Shown here in pieces: positions 50,660 through 62,310 of a stretch of 64,000 nt of DNA. This stretch comes from Camelus dromedarius. Taxonomy: Eukaryota. Numbering within the stretch: position 1 is the first letter of the stretch; every line of letters begins with the position of its first letter. The stretch covers positions 59,272,001 through 59,336,000 of the forward strand of contig NC_087446.1 in NCBI RefSeq assembly GCF_036321535.1, in the 5' to 3' direction. The translations under genes and the position numbers were made by a program. Below the pieces are notes generated by a model. It saw only the letters and a list, made by a program, of their open reading frames with translations. It was not told where the DNA came from and did no database searches.

Positions 50660-50807
50660 NNNNNNNNNNNNNNNNNNNNNNNNNNNNNNNNNNNNNNNNN
50701 NNNNNNNNNNNNNNNNNNNNNNNNNNNNNNNNNNNNNNNNNNNNNNNNNNNNNNNNNNNNNNNNNNNNNNNNNNNNNNNNNNNNNNNNNNNNNNNNNNNN
50801 NNNNNNN
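50660..50807 (+). CDS. PPM1H: Probable PPM1H exon 6, hidden under an N mask (exact boundaries not visible)
   Basis: 148 N directly follow a strong polypyrimidine tract (tttttttctcccccttttctttt) that lacks its AG. The block is 14.5 kb after exon 5. I found no visible sequence encoding AFMQPHLLGNEF... elsewhere. An exon of about 119 nt plus flanks fits. Inferred, not read. Confidence 0.6.
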
Positions 50808-51846
50808 CCCTGCCTCGGGACGGCCGCAGCGTGTGTGATGGGGGCGTTACCGCCATAAAAAGCCGCTTACGCAGTTTGGATCAGGAGGGGCAGCCAGAGA
50901 CCTGGGGTTGCGGGAAAGGAACAGGGGCTACGCCCGCTTCCGCTGCTTTCGCCTGGGCGCCAGTCCTCAGATCGTGGCTGTTGGTTTGCCTCTCTGCTCT
51001 CTGAGGCCCTCCTTGGGGACTCTAGACTCACGAAGCTGTGTAACTCCTCACTTCACATGGAGCAGGCGTTTGGGGGCTTCTGAGACACAGTGAACTTGGT
51101 TATTTTAGGTCAGGGTTACTGAAGAGGTAGCGGGGCTCTAAGGAATGTGCCAAAGCTCTATTTGGCCAGAGTGACTTGGATTTGAATCATGACTCTGACC
51201 TTTCTGAATAGGCAAAGTTGGATAAACGACTTAACCCCTACGAGTCCGATTTCCATGAATAAAGTGAAAAGAATACTCTGTGAAGGGCGACTAAGGACCG
51301 CAGGCGGTGAGCTAGCCTCATCATTGCATCACATGCAGGTTGCAGTGAGAGCTCTTGGCAAGGGGCATCTTATTCCCAAAACACACCTGTATGAGACACA
51401 AAACCACTTCTGTGGACCAGCAGTAGCACTGATAAGACCTCATCTATTTCTCCCAACTGAAAAGCATAGCACTTCTGCCTCGTAGGGCTGGGGTAGGGAT
51501 GCAGTGAGAGAGCCGTGCCTGGCACAAAGAAGGGTAGATGACGATCTGCTCTTAGGCTCTGTGATGCTGACCAGGGGCCTCCTGCCAGTCTGGGGACAGA
51601 TGAATGAGACAGTGGCCTCTTTCCTTGCCGTATCCCCAACGCAGGCAGAGAAGTAGATTCCGTTATCTCTACTTCGTTGACCAAAATAGCTATAACAGAT
51701 GGTCACAGCCCAGATTCCCATGGTGATGACTTTTAGGCTGGAATCTACTCCCAGGGTACATACTGTCTTAAAGGAACAGTTGAGTTTCTCCGGGAAAGGT
51801 AGGAGGCTGATCTAAGACACTTCGATTGTACTTTGCCACCTGAAAG

Positions 51847-51880
51847 AGAAGAGTGGATACTGGCAAGTATCCACTCTTCT
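51847..51880. repeat. Perfect 15-bp inverted repeat with a 4-nt spacer
   Basis: AGAAGAGTGGATACT-GGCA-AGTATCCACTCTTCT. Confidence 0.97.
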
Positions 51881-51889
51881 TGGATAGAA

Positions 51890-52125
51890 CGGGCCCAGCA
51901 AATTATGGCCTGAGAGCCAAATTCCACCCACTACCCCTTTCTGTAAATAACTTTAAAAAATACAGCTACATTGGGTGGTGGTGGCGGCGGTGATGAAAAA
52001 CAAATACAGTCACCTTCACTTGTTTATGTTTGATCTGTCGCTACCTTCATACTACAGCAGGGCAGTGGAGTATCTGTAGCAGAGACGGTATGACTCACAA
52101 AGCCTAAAATACGTATCCCTGCTCA
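51890..52125 (+). mobile_element. MER58A (hAT MITE) with an internal GGT/GGC-rich insertion
   Basis: gcaaattatggcctgagagccaaattcc...ttctgtaaataa...cagagacggtatgactcacaaagcctaaaata. Confidence 0.75.
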
Positions 52126-54099
52126 AAAATGTGATCGTAATTATTGAAACGGGTTCGCTGTATTTGCAGCTCTGAGCTCTGGAGTTTTGCTGCCCCCTGA
52201 CTAGGTTTTCTTGCAAATTCGCTTTTATTCAGTCAGCAAAACCAGCACTTAAAGAAAAGTTTCAAGTGACGACTAGTGTAGTTCAGAAAGCCATGGTGGA
52301 GTTGGGTCTGGTTTTGGTGGAATTTGGCAAGATGGAAGGAAAGGCATTCCAGGTTAGGAACCCACATGGTTGTAAACAAACAAAAAGAGCAGATCGAAGA
52401 GATGGTGAGGAAGATAGCCAGATAGAGGGGAAGAGGCTTTCAGAAATCAGGCTGAGTTGGTATCGAGGGAACATAGTTGAGAATACAGGAAGCCGGGCGG
52501 AGAAATTGAGATTTTTCTGTGGGAGGTTACAGGTTACTCTTGTGTGTTTTTGAGGAGAATGAAATGATGAAAGCAATGTTTTAGGGAGGTTGTTGTCACA
52601 GTAGTTTGAAGGAGACAGACTAGGAGAGAAAAGAGATTCAGGTACCCAGAGGAAAACAGACATAGAGATACGTACGTGAGGTCTCTAGAGCCAGACAGAG
52701 AGATGGAAGCAGAAAACAGAGAAGGCAAGGAAATGAACAGGACACCAGGTCATTTAGGCCACGGGATAAAAGTCAGGGCTAAGTCATCACTTAGTCCAAT
52801 TGTCTTTTAAAGAATGTCTCTTCAGCTAGTCTGTAAGCCTCCTGAGGGGCAGCCCAGTGCCTCATCCTGTGCCCGACAGGTAGTCGACAGGACGTGGTTT
52901 AGTGGATGAAAGGAAGAAAAGTGTGATTGACAGGAGTTGCTGACGGGCAGGCTGACGTCGTAGATGGTCCATGAGAAGCATCGGAAAGAGGAGCTTATTA
53001 TGCACAAGCCAGGTGGAGTTTGCGGCAAGGATGTTTGTCTGTCCTGTCTGTGCCAGGAAGGCAAATCAGGTCTCAGCAATCAAAACAAACTTGGTAAACA
53101 AATGGCTAAAGATTACCCACTTCTTACCATTTTTTTAAATGTAGATAAATTCAGGGATTAGATTACATCCAACTTTATACACACACAGTTATTCTCTTTC
53201 GCTCTCTTTCTCACGGGCGCACTGAGCACACACACACGCTCCATTCGCACGGTTAGCGAGTAAACAGTCTGTAAGTGGGCTGTATTTAATTGCACAGAAC
53301 TCCACGGACGGTCGCTAATAACTGAGGAGCCTAGACTGAGAATGGCTTCAGTTGGACATGATTTGCTCATTTGTTTCAGCAAAGTTCCCTACGTGGCTGT
53401 TGGCTCACAACTTCGGCTGCGAGCAGAGATTGATGTACATCTTTGGATACTTCCTACCTGGTGTTACTTTTGACTGGGAAATGATGCTTAAGAAAAGGAG
53501 GGCTCTTTCCATCTTTGTTGGAAGAAGTTGGGAAGCTTAAAACCGTTTGAGACCACTGCCTGTGTAAACTCCCTCTCCCTCACACCGACCCGCCCAACGT
53601 AATAAGTTCTTTTTAAAAATGTTTTTAGTCTCCAGAACCCCTCAAATCTAGCAGCTGTTTTGTAGGACTTAAGAAACGTGGGCTCCCAGTTTGCTGCCTT
53701 TGTGGGTTGTCTATAGGAAGAGAAGGGCTGGCAAAATAATTCAATGGAAAGAGAGACAAGGATCTGCCGCCCCTCTTCCCACAAAAGCCTTCAGTTACTA
53801 CCAAGGTGTTGGGATTGGGTGAAGGTGGACTGGTGAGCATTTGGAATGTGTCATGCTCAAGGGGACAGACTAGGCCTTACCTCCTCCCTCCTTCATGTTT
53901 CTTGGCTTCAGAATTAGCCTTGGCCCATGAACCTGCTTCTCTGAAACCTTTCTAACAAATAAGGGTGCACCTGCTGCCAGGCTGTTGCTCCCTTGTAGCA
54001 AAGACCTAGTTGTGAAAATTGTTATCTCCCCACTTGTCCTCCACTAATCATGAGAGTCATGGGCAGGCTGACAGTCAGTGGGAGAGCTAAGGACCAGGC

Positions 54100-54255
54100 C
54101 CTGCAATGAGAGCTTTACATGATTCCTCATGTTGAATAATCCTCTGCACCAGGTCTGTTTTACAGATGAGGAAACCGAGGCACGAGGACTAAGCTGCTCA
54201 AGGTTACACAGCCAGTGAGCGGAGAAGCCAGGATGTGAGCCCAGGCAGCGTCACT
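54100..54255 (-). mobile_element. MIR SINE
   Basis: tgttttacagatgaggaaaccgaggcac...aaggttacacagccagtgagc. Confidence 0.85.
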
Positions 54256-56119
54256 TAAGGGCCTCCACCGTTCACTATGGCGGTGGACTGCCAAATGCCC
54301 CATGATCTTTCCTCTTGTTCCCATTTTGCAGTTGGGCAAATGGAGGCTCAGAGAGATTATGTGGCTTACTCAGCTTCCACTAATGCACACATGTTAGAAT
54401 AACTTAGGTTTCTGATTCTGGGTCCAGGACTCTTTCTGATACAATGCATCAACTTTGCTTCAGCGTAAGATGAGGCATAATTATTCAGTTCTGAGCTGCA
54501 ATGGACATGTAAGCGGGGACCGCCGCCTACCAGGATTGGTGTCTCCTTGGCCCGTCCTTTGGAGGACAAGAGGGTGGAACAGAGCATTCCAGGGGCTTCT
54601 GAGGTAGGAAGCTTTCTAGTTCCTGATCTGACCCTGTGGACTGTGGGCCATATTAAACCTAGTGTTTCATGCTCATCACTAAAAGTCTGTGTGTGGTTTG
54701 GGGGTTCTGACGGTGGGGAAGGTCCCCCAAAGAATGAAATCTCCTCTGCTTGGGAAAATTGACTCCTCTCCTCAGAGAGCGTCCTGCCAGCCTTCTGCGG
54801 TGCGTCTGCAGCCGGGAGGAAGCGTGGGAGAGGATGTCAGTGCCGGGAAGCCTTGTCTCAGCATTAGGGATGCGTCTGTTGCCTCCTGATGGGGATCCTT
54901 TCTGTCCTGCCCTCGTGCTTTCTTAGAGACTGGGGAGCAGCTTGGCAGGCCCAGATTGTGTAGAGGACAAAAGGTTATTGTCACCAGGACTTTGCTAATG
55001 AAATCCATCTCTTCCCTGGTCCCCCACCGCCCTTTCTTCCTCTCCTCAGATAGCTCGCACAGTGGTTTGATTGACAAAGGCGTTTTCTACTGGCATCCTC
55101 CAGTGCTGAGTTGGTCTCTGACGTGCCCCAGCTTTCACTTTCTCGCCTGGTGTCACTGGTCCTGGCGCCAGAACCCCGGCCTTTTGCTCAGGGCCAGCCG
55201 GTGCCCCTTGGGGTCGAGCTGGTTTTGCATGATGCTCACACACTGGCGCTATGAGCTGAGTGTCCAGCCCACAGCCCTCTGAGCCGTCTCAGGCCGTAGA
55301 TGGCTGGCCAGCATCTGTTACCAAGTTGAAACAGCAGTTTCTCACAGCTGGCTCTGTGGCACCAGGTCCCTGCTCCTGTGACCATGTTCTTCATGCTCTG
55401 CGGGGTGACGAGCAAGCTGGGGGCCCAGGAGGACATTGATGCGGGAGGGGGCTGTAGCTTCACCTCTGGCATCGGGCCAGATTCCCCAGCAGCTGTTCCT
55501 GCGCTGATGGGATTTGTAGAGATAGTGAGGGCCAAAGAGGACGAGACTCCATCGTGTGAATGCAAGATTGCTTCCAGATGGTTCTGGTTAAGAGTAAAGC
55601 ACACCAGGATTCTTTCTTTAAACAAAGCCTTTTTAACATTTATGATGGTCTAATTTCAGGGGGCAGGCTGGGCTGGTAACCTGAGCTGGCATGGCTTACT
55701 TAGGAAAGAGAGTTCTGCATGGGGAGACACGCTCCTCGCGTCCTGGTCCTCACTCTGCCAAGGTTCTGGGGCCTTGGGCAACTCCTGGGCCTACGTCTGT
55801 TTACATAATACCTCCTTTGCTCCTCACTGCCAGCCTTCCTGTCTGGTAGGGGATGGGCTCTGCTCTGTTCTTCAGAGCTTCTGGAAAAGACAGATTCCAT
55901 TAGGAAGATTCTGCCTCTCATTTTTCTCCCTTGCAGCCCTTAACTCTTTCAGATTCTAACTTGATGACACATCTGGGTAATTGTTCCCACCATCTATTTC
56001 CCTTAAAACCAAGAGCAGATCAGACTATTTCCCCCCCGGGAACAGAGAGGAGTCCACCACCATTTTCTTCTCTCAGTGCTCACTACTTTTCATGAAGGCA
56101 AAGGATATCTTTTCTATTC

Positions 56120-56323
56120 TGTGTACTCTCCACCAAAGTGATGACTAACCACCTGTGGCCACTTAAATTAATTAAAATTAAATAAAAGTAGAAATTCATT
56201 TCCCCGGTCACACCAGCTACATCTCAGTTGCTCAGTAGCCACATGTGGCTAGCAGCTCCTGAAGTGGACAATGCAGACATAGGGCAGTTCCATCATCACA
56301 GAAAGTCCTACCAGCCGGCACTG
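56120..56323 (-). mobile_element. MER3 (hAT MITE)
   Basis: ttaaatttaattaaaattaaataaaa...agtagccacatgtggctagcagct...ttccatcatcacagaaagt. Confidence 0.8.
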
Positions 56324-58961
56324 CAGTCTAGGTAATATAAGGGTGCGGGGCTGATTGGGATGGAGCTCGGTGCCAGGTGCTGTCTGTAACTGAATGTCCC
56401 AAAAGCAAAGAGTTAAAAAAAAAAAACAGCTGAGCACAGAATGGTGTGAACACTTTCTGTGGCTTCTGGCCCCCAAACTGCTGGACTCTGAATCTGAAAG
56501 CGGGGGATGGGCCTCCCTCCACTTTTCAGCTCTTCCAGGGCATCATCAGTCATTGTGTTTAGGGATGACTCATCCGCAGCGTCCCGCCGTGGCAAGCCTG
56601 CGGGCCAGCCTGGAGGAAGCCCCATTCCATCTGCGCCGTCAGTAGCACTCCTCTCTTGCCCAGCCGCCTCCCAGGCTGGTGCCAGCCTTTGGCGCTTTGA
56701 CTCCCCTTGCTTTTCCTTTCACTTCTTGGAGAGCATTTCAGACCTTGAGGATTGGAATAAAAAGCAACTTCACTTCCCACTCTTCCCATTCTGTTTGGGG
56801 TGACCTTTATTCTCAGTCTGCAGTCTGGAGCCCAGCTCGGGGGTGGAGCCCCACAGCCCCCCAGGCATTGGGCTGCTTCTGGAGAAGCAAACGTTTTCTG
56901 GAGAGAATGTCACTGGAGGCAGCCCCGAGCGAGCGGGGTCTAGAGCGGCTGGGTGGAGTTTCAGAAATACTGTAGATCCGGCTTCTATCTTATTTTTTAT
57001 TGCTCTTTTCAATGCCCTCGACAGCACATTCAGCAGGCTCACAGGGAAGTGTATAAGCAGATTGAGAAATGCCACAGAATGCTTTATGAAGCCAGCTCTA
57101 GAGCTGTACCCACATTTAATATAAATTGATTTATTGAACCAAGCACAGGAGCACTGTTACAGAAAACCCCAGGCTTTATCCCCAGGAGGACCACCTAGTA
57201 AAGCAGCCCCAACTGACACTCCTCATTAGCTTTTCCACTGATCCCCAGGCAGTTTTTAAAGGGGCAGTGTCCCTCCTTTGGGCTGAATTTATATGTTGGC
57301 TGAACCTGTGGGTCTAATTAGCTCAGCATTATTAGTCTTACTTGGAAAGCCTGCAGTTTCTAACAGCTTGACTTTTGAGCTTTAAAGAGGACCTGGGAAA
57401 TGCAAATGCTGGCCTGTTCCTTCTTCTTGATTTTAATCACTTTTAACCCAGTCTTTGGAAATTTACCTGCAGATGTCCCTGACTCTCATCATTGTGGCGC
57501 GGAAGGATTTCCAGGTCCTGCCTCGGCGCAGATTCTGATGTTGCTGTTGGGCCGTAGGCTTCACCAAGGAGTCTTTTTATACTCACTGGAGAAATAGCAC
57601 ATTTTAATTTTGTAATTACTTCACGAGAGAGCGGGCCATTCCTGATTTAAACCTGGGATTAATTTCCCCCTAGCAACTTGTATTTTCATAATTTAATGAT
57701 TATGGGCCACCTTGGCTGCAGTCTGATCGCTGAAAGCAATCTGGAAATCTGACTTTGTGGAGAGAGGAAGGGCTTGGCTGGCATTTCAGAGAATTTTAAC
57801 CCCAAACCTCAGGAGATTGTCTGGGGCAGGGACTGGCCAGGACAGAGATGAGGTGCCTGGGAAGTCCCCGTGTTCCATGCTCCTGTGGGGTCCAGGGCTG
57901 AAGGCAGAATGGGTCAGCCTCACATCGGGAGGGACTGCTCCCGGGTTCCTGGAGCCGTGATGATGAATGGTTATTGGCGATGTGCATGTTCTGCATCTTT
58001 TCAAGACCTGCAGCTCTAGCTGCAGGAGCAGCAGGGAGGAAAGCCGGCCCTGCTGTGTGTAGCACATCTCCCGACAGTGATAAATGACTCCGTGCTCCCT
58101 GCCCTCCTCCCTGCCGCTCTGCCCATGAGGCCAGCGGAGGCTGTGACGTCTTTACAAATGGTTGGAAACCAAGACAGACAGACATTGTCAGGCCACAGGG
58201 AGGAGAAAGTAAAGAGAGGCCCAGCTGGCTTGCTCCCTGCTGATCGTCCAGGCACCCTTTACACACTCGCATGCCTCTCCCCTTTAATGATAGGTGTAAG
58301 CATATTGTCCTTAAAGTGGCCGAACTGCTTCTAAGCCTTTCTTTCCGCCTCAGACCCTCTGAACAGTCACAGCACTTACCCATACCGGTTCATATACTTC
58401 TCCGCCACTTCTCCCCAGTAACCATCGTTTGGGGTTGTTCAGTCCATGTGTGAGGGTGACTTAGCTCCAAGTCATCTGGGGGAACTTTTAGGAAGTCAAG
58501 TGCTTGCACAAATCCCTGTTAAAATAGCTAATGTCCTTTTAGCCAAGGAACCCCAGGGGACACTGGCTTCTGTGTTTGACAAACCTTTATTGCACACCTG
58601 CAGCATATCAGACATTAGAGTTGTAGTTTAAGAACAAGAGATGTGAAGCCAAACCACCTGGCTGGGACAAATCATGTCATCTCTCTCTGCCTTGGTTTCC
58701 ACATATGTCAGTGGGGCTAATGACAGAACCTAATAATGGGCTGGCATGAGTTAGTATGTTCCAGTGCGTCAGACAAAGCCCGGCTTGTCGTAAATGCTCT
58801 ACGTGTCTGTTAATGCAGTCATTAGATGTGATGGAGGGTGGAAGAGTCAGCAAGGTCTGGTCCTTGACTCGGGAGGTTTACACCCTCATAATAAGTGTTG
58901 AGGTGCTTGTTTCTCAGTTGTAACGAGGGGCTAGAAACTTAAAAGAAAAAGGGAGGCAGTT

Positions 58962-59152
58962 TATTTATTTATTGAAATATAGTTGATTTCAATGTCATGT
59001 TTGTTTCAGGGGCACAGCAAAGTGATTCAGTTATACACATATGTATTTCAGATTCTTTTCCTCTATAGGCTATTACAAGATATTGACTATAGTTCTCTGT
59101 GCTATACAATAAATCCTGGTCGTTTATTTTATATAAAGTAGTGTGTGTATAT
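58962..59152 (-). mobile_element. Short LINE-1 3' end fragment with TSD
   Basis: ttatttattgaaatatagttgatt...aaagtgattcagttata...ataggctattacaagatattgactatagttctctgtgctataca. Flanked by gggaggcagtt (58951-58961) and ggaaggcagtt (59153-59163). Confidence 0.85.
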
Positions 59153-62094
59153 GGAAGGCAGTTCAAGAGAAGCAAGACACTGAAGCAAGGTCAGGGTGCG
59201 CTGGCCACTTCCGCCGGGCAGCTGCTGTCCCAGGTGAGCACAGGTAACGGGGGCCCTTCTCTGTGAGAAGACACCCCCTTGGTACAATTGGAAGCCCTCC
59301 TGTCCCTAGGGGCTGCAGGACAGGGTGTTTTTAGTTTATTTGTGGTTTTTTTCTTTGTTTGTTTTAGTTTTTTTTTATTTAATCCATACACAGATTTTAC
59401 GTCTTCCTCTATGCTGGGCACCTTTTGAGGCACCACTGCAGCCCTCCTGAGCCATAGCCGAGCAGCTGGGTTACCCAGCCCCTTAGTGCCCGAAGCGTGT
59501 CCTCGCAAAGGAAAGATCTTATCAGAAAAGACTGCGTCCACTTCATAGAGATGGCCAGCTAGCCCAGGGACAATCCCATTTTTCCTATAAATCTTTTCTT
59601 AAAATCTCAGGAGCGAGGAAGGTAGAGGTGTTGGAATTTGTGCATTAATAACTAAAGCAAGACAGAATAGAGGGCTTATGAAAAGGGGGTTTGAAGAAGA
59701 GACCGTTGGCTCACTTGGCTGTGGAAGAGGGAGCAGTGGCTTTGAGGAGGGGAGACTGGGACTTGGGAAGACTACATGGGGGAAGTTGTGTTTGAACCAG
59801 AGGTCTGAAACAGAAGTTTCAGGAGGGAAGGACATTCTGGGCAGAGTGCAGCGCAAGTAGAAGCCCAGAGGCATGAAGATAAGTCTCGTGTTTGGGGAAT
59901 GTGAGAGGCAGAGGTAATATTCAAAATATTTTGACAGTCAGCATGGAGGAATCGGCTCCATCTGGGTCCTAGAACCCCCCTGCTGTGCCAGGCATTAATT
60001 TACATCATGGGGATTCCAGGGGAGGGTCCGGAGCAGCAGATGTGGGCAGTCGGGGGCTTGGGACAGTCATTACTTGTCAGCCAGCACAGAGGGATGTCAG
60101 GGTTTGAAACCCCTATACGCACTTATTAGTAGGTATTGGCTAGATAACATTCCCGATGGCAGCCTAAGGCGTAAATTAGGGAAACTCTGAATGCCATGCT
60201 AAGATGGCAATAACATAATTTTATCTTTCCACCCATAAGAGCTCTACACCTCTGTAAGGTCTGAAAATGACACACAGCGGGACAGAAATACAGAGCTGAT
60301 GGTGTATTTAGAAGGACATATGGGCCAGTCCTCAGCCTACTTCTAAGATCCTGTTCTTAAGGAAATTCCAAAGAAGTGAGTGCTACAACACTCCGACAAA
60401 GTTCCAGGTACTTTGCCTCCCTGCCAAGGAGACGTTTCCCTGTGTCCGCCCTACATGGCTTACGTTATAAAATTCCTCTCTTACCAGAGATAGGTGAAGT
60501 TTTTTCTTTTCCCTGCCACTTCTTCTCTGCTCACTAGGTTTCAGAGTAGGAAATTAGTGTTGCTGGGTTCAAGGTGACAGTCCCATAAAGGCACTAACCC
60601 ACCGTGGCCTGGGGGCATCCTTGTCAGAAGCAGCTGGGTTGCCGGTTTAAAACCCCCGGGTTCTGGGCTCACCTCAGGAGTCCACATAAAATTGGAGGCC
60701 CACCACTCCACACTCTGAAAGATCTCATCCTGCCTTCATGTTCCTCTGACCTTTAGATGAATCAATCCAAGACTTATTCAGAGCACGTGTAAAGTTTTAG
60801 GTCTGTCCCTCGGTGAAGCGCTAAACACACATCTTTTGTAAGGACTCAAAATGCTGGTGAGACATCTACTTTTTATTCTTCGCTTTATTAATACTCTGCC
60901 AATTCTGGCTTCAGATTCCACTGGGATTAAACCAGCCGTGTCAGCCTCCTGGGGCGAGCCAGTGCTGTTCCTCCTGCTCAGTGGCGTAAAGGACAGCGCG
61001 CTGGGCGCCTTCTCTGCCAGTGATTGGTTTTAACCGTCACTTACTCATTCAGCAAACTGAGTATTGTGCTGGGCTTTGGGGAAACAAAGATGAAAACAGT
61101 GCTTGCCCTCATGGTGCTTACAGTCAAGTGTAGGACAAACTCAAACCCAAACTGTCAGAGGAATGTTTACCCACAGTGAAGCTTTTTCATCTGGGTTGAT
61201 TATTAAACTTTCCAGAATCCCTGAAGTTCTGGAATCTGTTTTGGGTTTTTTTTTCTTTTTTAAAAACAAAACAAACAAAAAAAAACCTCCCAAGTGATTC
61301 CTGTATATTCTTAAATACTGACCTTGACCAGCCCCAGGCATTCTAACCAGGCCTGTGAGCAACAGCTGTGAGAAACTAACCCGCACTGGGCAGGCTGGCT
61401 CTTCAGCAGGTTTGTGGCTCCAGCCCTCTGCTGATCCTCCTGCTGGTGCTTGGGAACCTCCTTGTCCACCTCGCTTGGCCAAGGACTGTGCCCGGCAGGG
61501 GCCTGTGGGTGGGACCTGAGAGGGGGATAAGGGGCGATAAAGCCCTTGGCGCTGTAACAGCGAGTCAGATTTGAGTTGAGCCTTTCTTTTTCCTTATTGA
61601 CGCTTGTGCCCGTAACCCAGCTCAGACTGAATACCTGGGCTAGGTCTGGAGGCCATGCTCCCAGGGCATCGAACTTGCTGGTTTCTCATCCCTGTTCATC
61701 CTGAGTGGTACTCCGCCCTGCCCACCCCCCGCCCCCGCCTAAAGTTTTCCAACCCTCTTGGTGTCCTTGGGTCACCCGGTGAGAAGCTGAAAGTCTCTCA
61801 GTTTATCATCAACAGAACACCTTGAGAGCCAGACCTCAGGTTAAACCTAATTCTGCAGCGCCCTCGAACATCCACCTTACTGCCGCGAAGCGGCAGCCTG
61901 AGCAAGTGGTGTGTTCCAACTTCCAAGAGACTGACTGCTGTCAAAACTTGGAAAGGAGGTAGACTTTAAAAATTTGTGTGATAGACTCTGAGGATGGAGA
62001 TCAGTAATGAAGCAGTCCTGTTGCATGTTACGCCACGCTGTGGTATTTACGCAGATTCACAGCTTTCCAAGAATGGGCAGGGAACCGTGGTGAA

Positions 62095-62310
62095 GAGCAC
62101 AGGGCCCTCTGCAGCGGATCTGGCCGTGAACGTCACCTCTGTTGTTCCCTAGCTGTGTGACCTCCATTTTCTTCCTTAGTGAATGGGCTTAATGTTAATA
62201 CCTGTCTTACAAGGTGGTTCTAAGAATCGTAAGAGTTGTTAAAATAGAAGCGCTTAGAACCGTGCCTAGCGCGGCGCGAGCACGCCCCACGTGGTGGGCG
62301 TATTAGAACT
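62095..62310 (+). mobile_element. MIR SINE
   Basis: ctagctgtgtgacctc...aatacctgtcttacaaggtggtt...gcgcttagaaccgtgcct. Confidence 0.7.
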
